Shown here piece by piece: positions 9,350 to 17,185 of a stretch of 30,724 bases of DNA; within the stretch, counting starts at the first letter, position 1; each line of letters opens with the position of its first letter. Below the pieces are notes generated by a model that did no database searches, was not told the origin of the DNA, and saw nothing but the letters and a program-made list of their open reading frames with translations. Origin of the DNA: Bacteroidota bacterium (GTDB taxonomy: Bacteria; Bacteroidota; Bacteroidia; UKL13-3). Location: NCBI GenBank assembly GCA_947460565.1, contig CANHJJ010000001.1, forward strand, positions 1-30,724, given 5' to 3'. A program made the position numbers and the translations under genes.

Positions 9350-10687
9350 ATGTCTACCATTTTAATTAAAAATGCTTTGCTTGTCAATGAAGGAAAAACC
9401 TATCATGCTGACGTGTTAATTAAAGATAATTTTATCGAAAAAATTGACACGAATGGCATCGCCATCTATGCCGACAAAATTATTGATGCCTATGGTATGT
9501 ATATGTTGCCTGGTATTATTGACGACCAGGTGCATTTTCGTGAGCCAGGCCTCACTCATAAAGGAGAAATATATACAGAGGCCAAGGCAGCCGTGGCTGG
9601 TGGAATTACAAGTTATATGGAAATGCCAAATACCAGTCCTAGTGCAACAACAATCGATTTATTAGAACAGAAATACAGCCGTGCTTCTGAATGCTCATTG
9701 GCTAACTATTCATTTTTTATGGGTACCACCAATACCAATTTGGATGAATTATTAAAAGTAGATGAAACAAAAATATGCGGTGTTAAAATATTCATGGGTT
9801 CTTCAACAGGAGACATGTTGGTTGACAATCCTGAATCGTTGGATGCTATTTTCAAAAATGTTAAAACTTTGATTGCTACCCATTGTGAAGACGACCCAAT
9901 GATTAAAGCCAATGCAGAAAGAATTAAACAAGAGTTTGGACAAGATATTACAACTGAGTTTCATCCCAGAATTAGAAATGCTGAGGCTTGTTATGCATCT
10001 TCAAGGTTTGCAGTTGAACTGGCAAAAAAACACAATACCCGATTGCATATTTTACATATTAGCACAGCCAAGGAATTAGAACTTTTTAGAAACGATATAC
10101 CACTAAGTCAAAAACGCATAACAGCTGAGGCATGTGTTCATCATCTTTGGTTTAGTGATGCAGATTATGCAGAAAAAGGTAATTCTATCAAATGGAATCC
10201 AGCTATAAAAACAACAGAAGATAGAGATGCTATTTTCAAAGCGGTATTGGATGGAAGAATTGATGTGATTGCTACCGACCATGCTCCTCATACCATTGAA
10301 GAAAAGGAACAAACCTATTTAAAAGCCCCATCTGGTGGGCCATTGGTGCAGCATTCCTTAAATGCCATGCTTGAATTTCATAAACAAGGCAAAATTAGTC
10401 TTGAAACCATCGCGCAAAAGATGAGTCATAATGTAGCCGAGATGTTTGAAATAGATCGTAGAGGATTTATTAGAGAAGGCTACTACGCAGATTTAGTTTT
10501 GGTTGACCTGAACCAAAGCTATACCGTTAGTAAAGAAAATATTTTATACAAATGCGCTTGGAGTCCATTTGAAGGCCAAATATTCCGCTCCGTTATTCGA
10601 CATACTTTTGTTAATGGTAATCATGTATATAACAATGGTTCGTTTGATGAAAGTAAAAAAGGTTTGAGATTGAGATTTAATAGATAA
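9350..10687 (+). CDS. pyrC: Dihydroorotase (amidohydrolase superfamily)
   Basis: LPGIIDDQVHFREPG, GGITSYMEMPNT, GVKIFMGSST, HCED, HILHIST, KWNPAIK and ATDHAPH motifs. Confidence 0.93.
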   Translation: MSTILIKNALLVNEGKTYHADVLIKDNFIEKIDTNGIAIYADKIIDAYGMYMLPGIIDDQVHFREPGLTHKGEIYTEAKAAVAGGITSYMEMPNTSPSATTIDLLEQKYSRASECSLANYSFFMGTTNTNLDELLKVDETKICGVKIFMGSSTGDMLVDNPESLDAIFKNVKTLIATHCEDDPMIKANAERIKQEFGQDITTEFHPRIRNAEACYASSRFAVELAKKHNTRLHILHISTAKELELFRNDIPLSQKRITAEACVHHLWFSDADYAEKGNSIKWNPAIKTTEDRDAIFKAVLDGRIDVIATDHAPHTIEEKEQTYLKAPSGGPLVQHSLNAMLEFHKQGKISLETIAQKMSHNVAEMFEIDRRGFIREGYYADLVLVDLNQSYTVSKENILYKCAWSPFEGQIFRSVIRHTFVNGNHVYNNGSFDESKKGLRLRFNR

Positions 10688-10707
10688 GATTATTTGTAAG
10701 GATATCC

Positions 10708-11643
10708 TTACAATCTAATACTCCACTTAGGTGTAAAAATAATACTATCTGAAATGAATTCTTGTTTGGACAATATAATTTCATTCTTGTTGTTTTTTGC
10801 CATTCCATATTCAAAATCGCTTAACAATTCTTCGTACAAACACTGACCGTATTTATTGAAAATTAGAATCCTTGACAAGCCACTAATAGGTCTCATCATA
10901 GCTAAAATAACAAGGTATTTCACCTCCTTTTTAGATTTCAATACACATGCTTTCACATCGGAAATATTATCAGTTGAAAGTATGTGAGTATAAAACTGAC
11001 TGCTGCCCGTTTGTCTTATTGTAATGGTATTTACTCCATCCGAAAATATGTCCAAAGTATCTCTAATATCAAAGGCTATACATTCTTTAAATGATGAGAG
11101 GTTGATTTTTTGAGATTCAATTAGCTCCTCTTTGATTAAACCCATTTCGTTGCGAACTATGCCACTTGTTTTGGATTTCTTCTTAAATTTATCAAATAAA
11201 TTCAAGCTTTCATAAAATGGTTTAACCATTATAATTGAAAACAATAAAACAAGACTAAAAAGCAATGAAATATTAATAAATCTAATTTGGTGTAATGGGT
11301 TAATTCTAAGTGATAACCAATAAAAAATATACCCTATGAAAGCCCCTGTTGCACCGCATACTAGTGCATATAATAAAAGGTTCAAAATAATTGGAAACGG
11401 TATTTCATCTGATTTATTAAGCGCTGCTTCAATTGCATCTTGCCATAAATATCCCAGTGAGCCAAAGAGGAAAAAGAATAGGAAATACATGTATTGGCTA
11501 TAGCTTTTTACTTTAGGCTTTTTCCTAAAATTATTACTAAACAAAATTAGAAAAATAAAAAATATGAAAACTGATATGCTTAATAGCATATAGTTTAGAC
11601 ATCCTAAACATAAAAAGAAAAATGACTTAAAATCCATCATCAA
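10708..11643 (-). CDS. Hypothetical membrane protein (about 4 N-terminal TM helices + soluble C-terminal domain)
   Basis: 311-aa ORF with no competing long ORF; hydrophobic Phe/Leu/Ile-rich segments, then a polar domain. No recognised motif; the exact start among the N-terminal Met codons is uncertain. Confidence 0.65.
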   Translation of the reverse strand: MMMDFKSFFFLCLGCLNYMLLSISVFIFFIFLILFSNNFRKKPKVKSYSQYMYFLFFFLFGSLGYLWQDAIEAALNKSDEIPFPIILNLLLYALVCGATGAFIGYIFYWLSLRINPLHQIRFINISLLFSLVLLFSIIMVKPFYESLNLFDKFKKKSKTSGIVRNEMGLIKEELIESQKINLSSFKECIAFDIRDTLDIFSDGVNTITIRQTGSSQFYTHILSTDNISDVKACVLKSKKEVKYLVILAMMRPISGLSRILIFNKYGQCLYEELLSDFEYGMAKNNKNEIILSKQEFISDSIIFTPKWSIRL

Positions 11644-11763
11644 TTACTAATCCGAGTATTTTTTAGACTCACGAAATAAACATCTTTAAGTTATTCTTCA
11701 ACCTTTAACAGAAAATAATCAATTGATTTTAGAAAATTGAATCTAAGTGATTATTTTTGAACT

Positions 11764-12285
11764 ATGAAAAATTTATTGCTAGTTCTTGCACTTCTAAATA
11801 TCACATGGCTTTCAGCCCAAGTTAAATTACCTAAAAAAGAAAAAGTTACACCTGAAATTAAAACTTTTAAAGTAAACAAGAGTAGTTCGATTAAACTAAA
11901 CCAAGCCGATAATATTTATTTTGATTATGATGTTATTAAAGGAAATAAATTGGTTTTCGATTATAATTTTAAAGCAAAGGATAAAGAGAGTGTTGCCGAT
12001 GACGAATATAGAGAGCGCATTGTATTTGAATTGGAAAACAAAACGAAATCATTTGTTCTGACAGGAGATTCGCTTTTAGAGGCCAAGGCATATTATACAA
12101 GAAGCTGCTTTTGTCTTTATAGAGGAAACTACAAAATAAATGGAGGTAGCATAAAAGGAAAATTAGTTAAAGCCAACATGTGGAAAGTAGATTTGGATTT
12201 AATCATCACCCCTTCTCCAGAGCGCGGTGGAGAGCCCTTTATTGTCAAAGTATCGGGTACTTTTAAACTATCAAATATTAAATAA
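11764..12285 (+). CDS. Secreted hypothetical protein with DDEY and CFC motifs
   Basis: Signal peptide MKNLLLVLALLNITWLSAQ; beta-rich; ADDEYRERIVFE and YTRSCFC segments. Confidence 0.8.
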   Translation: MKNLLLVLALLNITWLSAQVKLPKKEKVTPEIKTFKVNKSSSIKLNQADNIYFDYDVIKGNKLVFDYNFKAKDKESVADDEYRERIVFELENKTKSFVLTGDSLLEAKAYYTRSCFCLYRGNYKINGGSIKGKLVKANMWKVDLDLIITPSPERGGEPFIVKVSGTFKLSNIK

Positions 12286-12291
12286 TACAAT

Positions 12292-12762
12292 TTGAAGGTA
12301 GATATTTTCACAGATGGCTCAGCAAGAGGAAATCCAGGGCCAGGAGGCTATGGCATAGTTATGATTAGTGGCAAACATCGAAAAGAACTTGCACAAGGCT
12401 ATAAACACACCACAAACAATAGAATGGAATTGCTTGCTGTTATAGTAGCAATTGAACAATTGAAAATAAATAACATGGATGTTACCATTCACACAGATAG
12501 TAAATATGTTTGTGAGGCAGTTGAAAAGAAATGGGTATTTGGTTGGCAAGCAAAAGGATTTAAGGATAAAAAAAATCCAGATCTTTGGAGAAAATTTTTA
12601 GTGCTGTATAAACTTCATCGTATAAATTTCAAATGGATTAAAGGACATGCTGGTCATATTGAGAATGAAAGATGTGATCAATTAGCTACCCAAGCCGCTG
12701 ATGGTGGGAATCTATTGATAGATACAGAGTACGAAAACCAATCACTTCAAGGCCTGATTTAA
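12292..12762 (+). CDS. rnhA: Ribonuclease HI
   Basis: IFTDGSARGNPGPGGYG, TTNNRMEL, TDSKY, KNPDLW and WIKGHAGHIENERCDQLA motifs; TTG start. Confidence 0.97.
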   Translation: MKVDIFTDGSARGNPGPGGYGIVMISGKHRKELAQGYKHTTNNRMELLAVIVAIEQLKINNMDVTIHTDSKYVCEAVEKKWVFGWQAKGFKDKKNPDLWRKFLVLYKLHRINFKWIKGHAGHIENERCDQLATQAADGGNLLIDTEYENQSLQGLI

Positions 12763-12859
12763 CTTGATTAAAATCACTCTTAATAATTTCTTAAAAGACG
12801 TTTTGTGACATTGTTTACGTGCTTGTCTTGGTAAATTTGAAAATTGTTTACTATTACCC

Positions 12860-13894
12860 ATGAAATCAATTTTTAATAAAAACTATTCACTTTTTATTGT
12901 TCTTATTTTACTTGGCATCTCAAATGCATCCACATATGTAGTTACTAAAAATTACGACAAGTCAACTAATGCCAAGGCAAATAGACTAAACCTTGCACAA
13001 ATACAAAGTAACGGTTGCAGTTATAAAGTAAGGCGATTAGGTGGATTGCATTACATAAAACCGCTATTATTTGTTGACAATCTATGCCAAGGAAATAAAC
13101 TTATGCCGTTAAAAAGCAGTTTAAATATTTTGTTTGATAATTTCAAGAAAAGTGGAGTGCTTAATTCAGCCTCATTTTATATGAAAGATTACTCAAACAA
13201 TGATTGGATGGCCATAAATGAAGATCAGAAATATTCACCAGGTTCATTATTAAAAGTTCCTCAATTGATCACTTTTCTTAAAATGAATGAGGAGAATCCA
13301 GGCTTACTAAATAAAAAGATTCCATATGTAAATTCAATGATTACAGATAAGAAGCCCATATACACTTCCAAATCAATAAAACCTGGACAAAGTTATACGA
13401 TAAGAGAATTACTAGTTTACATGATTCAATATTCTGATAACAATGCAACAATGCTGTTAAACGGAATAATAGATGTGAAGATGTTTAAAAAAGTATTCAC
13501 TGATTTGGGTTTAAGCGAACCTGATTGGTATGCTAAAAGTTACCCGATTTCAGCTAGTGAATATTCTGTTTTTTTAAGAGCCTTATTCAATGGAGGCTAT
13601 CTAAATATAAAAGATTCAGAGTTTGCCGTAGAATTGCTTACTCAATCTGACTTTAAAAATGGAATAGTAAATGGCCTACCTTCAAATGTTCAACTTGCAC
13701 ATAAATTCGGTGAATCAGGAGATGCCAACGAAAAACAATTACATGAATCTGCTATCATATACCTAAATAATAATCCAATCCTTATCACCATCATGACCAA
13801 AGGGAAGGATATGAAAAAACTTCCTCAGGTTATAAAGGAAGCATCTAATTTGGTGTATAACCAGATGCAAATTTTACAAACAGCCTCAAAATAA
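12860..13894 (+). CDS. Serine hydrolase, class A beta-lactamase-like fold (Beta-lactamase2 family)
   Basis: S129-L-L-K132 (SxxK), S192-D-N (SDN) and H-K282-F-G in place of KTG. N-terminal hydrophobic anchor or signal; no RxExxLN omega-loop motif. Confidence 0.85.
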   Translation: MKSIFNKNYSLFIVLILLGISNASTYVVTKNYDKSTNAKANRLNLAQIQSNGCSYKVRRLGGLHYIKPLLFVDNLCQGNKLMPLKSSLNILFDNFKKSGVLNSASFYMKDYSNNDWMAINEDQKYSPGSLLKVPQLITFLKMNEENPGLLNKKIPYVNSMITDKKPIYTSKSIKPGQSYTIRELLVYMIQYSDNNATMLLNGIIDVKMFKKVFTDLGLSEPDWYAKSYPISASEYSVFLRALFNGGYLNIKDSEFAVELLTQSDFKNGIVNGLPSNVQLAHKFGESGDANEKQLHESAIIYLNNNPILITIMTKGKDMKKLPQVIKEASNLVYNQMQILQTASK

Positions 13895-13908
13895 GAATTA
13901 GCATTTTA

Positions 13909-13939
13909 TTTGATTAATAAATATTTGCAATTATTTTTG
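13909..13939 (+). promoter_or_regulatory. Bacteroidota sigma-A promoter for the 13958 gene
   Basis: TTTG (13909-13912), 19 nt, then TATTTTTG (13932-13939), 18 nt before the ATG. Confidence 0.55.
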
Positions 13940-13957
13940 ACTAATATTTATTAAGAT

Positions 13958-14569
13958 ATGAAGACATTAAAATTAGGTGTTTTGCTTTCAATAATTGTAA
14001 TCACTAAAAATCTTTCTTTTTCGCAAACTAACAAATACGATGTTGTACCTGAAAGTCCTTCCTTTTATTTCGGAATCGGAACAGGTATTAATTTTAATAC
14101 AGGATTAACGGGTATTAAATTAGGAGCAAGATTAAACGAATTTAGTTTGATTGAGGCCTCCGCTGGAATAGGGTCATGGGGTAATAAAATCGGTTTAGGT
14201 ATTGTTTTAAATGCCAAAAATTCAACTTCGTGGTGCCCAGTAATTAGCATTTCAAGGGCTACAGGATTAGATAAATTTTCAAACAATTTAGAATTAAAAA
14301 ACTCATCAGGAATTACCTATAATAGAGATGTCGATATTACCTTAAATCCTGCAACTTTGTTCAATATTAGTATGCAACGACAATGGATAAGACCTTCAGG
14401 AAATAGAATTGTTTTAGAATTAGGTTATTCTATCTTATTTGCTGGCAGCGAATACTCTGTAATACTAAATCAAGGTGAAAAATTATCTGATAATAGCGAA
14501 AGAGCTATGAATATTTTAAAGCCAGGTGGTATAATGATAGGTTTCACTTATAATTTTGCTATTAAGTAG
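13958..14569 (+). CDS. Small outer-membrane beta-barrel protein, unknown function
   Basis: Signal peptide; alternating Gly/aromatic strands (FYFGIGTGINF, IEASAGIGSWG, VLELGYS); C-terminal strand IGFTYNF. Confidence 0.75.
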   Translation: MKTLKLGVLLSIIVITKNLSFSQTNKYDVVPESPSFYFGIGTGINFNTGLTGIKLGARLNEFSLIEASAGIGSWGNKIGLGIVLNAKNSTSWCPVISISRATGLDKFSNNLELKNSSGITYNRDVDITLNPATLFNISMQRQWIRPSGNRIVLELGYSILFAGSEYSVILNQGEKLSDNSERAMNILKPGGIMIGFTYNFAIK

Positions 14570-14678
14570 ATCTAGGGTTCAACTTATTATTTATTCTAAT
14601 TTCCATTTTTCGATTCACAATTATTTCTTTTTTATTCCTAAAAGTTAGACTTATTTCGTGAAGAGTAATTAATTCAAA

Positions 14679-15833
14679 ATGTACGCAACTATTTCCGACC
14701 TATTATTAGATTTATTTGGTATCAATATACCATTACCCATACAAACCTTCGGCTTTTTTCTTGGCTTATCATTCCTTGGTGCTTTTTGGGCAACACAATC
14801 AGAATTAAAACGCAAAGAAGCCAAAGGACTTATAAGCGCATCTAATAAAAGAATCAAATTAAATGAGCCAATAAGCTCAATTGATTATATTACCACATCT
14901 GTCATTTCAGCATTTGTTGGCTTCAAGTTTTTTGAAATGATCTTGGATTATGATGCATTGGTTCTGAACCCTCAATTATTTCTGCTATCAGCCAAAGGAA
15001 GTTGGTTTGGAGCTTTTTTGGGCGGAGCCTATGGATATTATACAAAATATAAGGAAGCTGAGAAAACTAAAGGAAAAGAAATCGAAGAAAAAAATATTGC
15101 ATTTCACCCTTATCAGCACATGGGAAACATATTAGCTATCGCTGGAATTGTTGGAATAATAGGTGCTAAAATATTCCATAACTTAGAAAACCTTGACGAA
15201 TTTGCTCTTGATCCTTGGGGCAGTCTAATTTCATTTAGTGGTTTAACTTTTTATGGTGGACTAATTTTGGCTGCGATAGCCGTTTTAGTTTACACAAGCA
15301 AAAATAACATCCCTCCATTGCACATGATAGATGCTGCGGCACCAGGATTAATGTTGGCTTATGGAGTTGGCAGACTAGGTTGTCATTTAAGCGGTGATGG
15401 CGACTGGGGAATTGATAATCTTTCAGGAAAACCAAATTGGATGAGCAGCTTACCCGATTGGCTTTGGTCATACAAATACCCTCATAATGTTTTAAATGAA
15501 GGTATACCTATTCAAAATTGCTTGGGGAATCATTGCAGTGAATTACCAAATTTTGTATACCCTACCCCATTATATGAAGCTATAATCTGTATTTTATTAT
15601 TCGTGGTTTTATGGCAAATGAGAAAGCAATTTAGCTCACCTGGTTTATTATTTGGAGTATACCTCATTCTTAATGGAACTGAAAGATTTATGATTGAAAA
15701 AATCAGAATCAATACTACTTATAATATTTTTAATCATGCAATAACCCAAGCTGAATTGATTTCGTCAGCCTTAATTTTGTTGGGATTGATTTTGATTTAT
15801 GTAAGCAAATCAGGCAAGTTGCAAAAAAAATAA
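14679..15833 (+). CDS. lgt: Prolipoprotein diacylglyceryl transferase (long form)
   Basis: GLTFYGG, GRLGCHLSGDGDWG, YPTPLYE and ERFMIEKIR correspond to Lgt signature motifs; 384 aa. Confidence 0.9.
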   Translation: MYATISDLLLDLFGINIPLPIQTFGFFLGLSFLGAFWATQSELKRKEAKGLISASNKRIKLNEPISSIDYITTSVISAFVGFKFFEMILDYDALVLNPQLFLLSAKGSWFGAFLGGAYGYYTKYKEAEKTKGKEIEEKNIAFHPYQHMGNILAIAGIVGIIGAKIFHNLENLDEFALDPWGSLISFSGLTFYGGLILAAIAVLVYTSKNNIPPLHMIDAAAPGLMLAYGVGRLGCHLSGDGDWGIDNLSGKPNWMSSLPDWLWSYKYPHNVLNEGIPIQNCLGNHCSELPNFVYPTPLYEAIICILLFVVLWQMRKQFSSPGLLFGVYLILNGTERFMIEKIRINTTYNIFNHAITQAELISSALILLGLILIYVSKSGKLQKK

Positions 15834-15863
15834 TTATGGCATTATATTTTCGTTAATTAAAGA

Positions 15864-16397
15864 ATGAAAAAAATATTATTACTTAGTTTATTATTCAAAA
15901 TCACACTTTGCTCAGTGGCTCAAAACACACCACCTGATACAATAAAAAACTACACCTTACCTGAATTTATTGTAAGAGCAAAGGCTGATCCTGAATATGA
16001 AAAGAAATATCAGCGTTTGGTTTATAATGTTAAGAAGGTTTTACCATATGCTAAGCTTGCCTCTTTTAGATTTCAAATGCTAGAGCAAAATCTGCAGTTA
16101 TTGCCAAACGAAAAAGCAAGGAAGGAATATCTTAAACGAAGTGAAAACTCTATAAAAGAACAATTTATGGACGACCTGATGAATCTAACTGTTTCTCAAG
16201 GAAAAATATTAATTCGATTAATTTATAGAGAAACGGGTAGTAATGCTTACGATTTACTTAAAACTTATCGAGGTAACTTGACAGCCATGTATTGGCAAAC
16301 ATTTGCTAAATTTATTGGGGGTAATTTAAAAGACGAATATGACCCTGTAGAAGATTGGCAAATAGAGCAGATTATTAAACAAATGGGATTTGAATAA
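15864..16397 (+). CDS. DUF4294 family protein
   Basis: Signal peptide, LPEFIV, RLVYNVKKVLPYAK, LTVSQGKILIRLIYRETG; matches my recollection of this Bacteroidota family. Confidence 0.8.
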   Translation: MKKILLLSLLFKITLCSVAQNTPPDTIKNYTLPEFIVRAKADPEYEKKYQRLVYNVKKVLPYAKLASFRFQMLEQNLQLLPNEKARKEYLKRSENSIKEQFMDDLMNLTVSQGKILIRLIYRETGSNAYDLLKTYRGNLTAMYWQTFAKFIGGNLKDEYDPVEDWQIEQIIKQMGFE

Positions 16398-16399
16398 TT

Positions 16400-17185
16400 T
16401 CAATTTAATGACTTCTTTAGTTGTTCGTATTCCTTACTAAATATTTTACCCTCTTTTCCACCAAGTAATTTAAACTCATCGTCTATTTTTTGAATACGGT
16501 TTTCAGGCTCGGGATGTGTGCTTAAAAATTCTACTATCTCCGGATTCTTATTCTCCTTATTTAATTTTTCAAAAAAACCTTTCACTCCTCTTGCATCATA
16601 TTCTGTATGATACAAATACTTCACAGATTGCAAATCAGCTTCACTTTCATGACTTCTACTAAATTTTAAGCCTGCAAGGTTTGCTGCAATGTTGACCAAA
16701 CCTCCTCCATCGTATCCAAAAATAAACTTAACTAGAAGTGAAATACCATAACTCTGAATGAGCTGCCTTGTGCTATGTCTAAGGTCTGCATGGGCTATTT
16801 CATGACCCATCACACCTGCTAATTGATCCTCACTGTCTAAAAATTTAATAAGTCCTGTATAAACATAAATATATCCACCCGGTACACAAAAAGCATTTAA
16901 AACCGCAGTATCATCAACAATTCTTAATTCCCATGCAAAATCATTTTTATGCTTAATCATGCCTGAATTTAGTATTTCAATTCTAATATGATTTAGCCTT
17001 TCATATACCTTAGGATATTCATCTGAATCTAAAATTTTAAATTGATCGGGATTATCATTAATCTGCTCTTTTACTTGCTCCCCTATCATCTTATCAATGT
17101 CCGTGCTTAGGTATGTTACAACTCCTTCATCACCGCAGGAAGCCAGAAGTAAAACAATAAAGAAACCTAAAAAACCTATCTTCAT
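16400..17185 (-). CDS. M48 family zinc metalloprotease lipoprotein
   Basis: Lipobox LLASC; NAFCVPGGYIYV, GHEIAH (HExxH), FSRSHESEAD and FLSTHP...RI motifs. Confidence 0.92.
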   Translation of the reverse strand: MKIGFLGFFIVLLLASCGDEGVVTYLSTDIDKMIGEQVKEQINDNPDQFKILDSDEYPKVYERLNHIRIEILNSGMIKHKNDFAWELRIVDDTAVLNAFCVPGGYIYVYTGLIKFLDSEDQLAGVMGHEIAHADLRHSTRQLIQSYGISLLVKFIFGYDGGGLVNIAANLAGLKFSRSHESEADLQSVKYLYHTEYDARGVKGFFEKLNKENKNPEIVEFLSTHPEPENRIQKIDDEFKLLGGKEGKIFSKEYEQLKKSLN

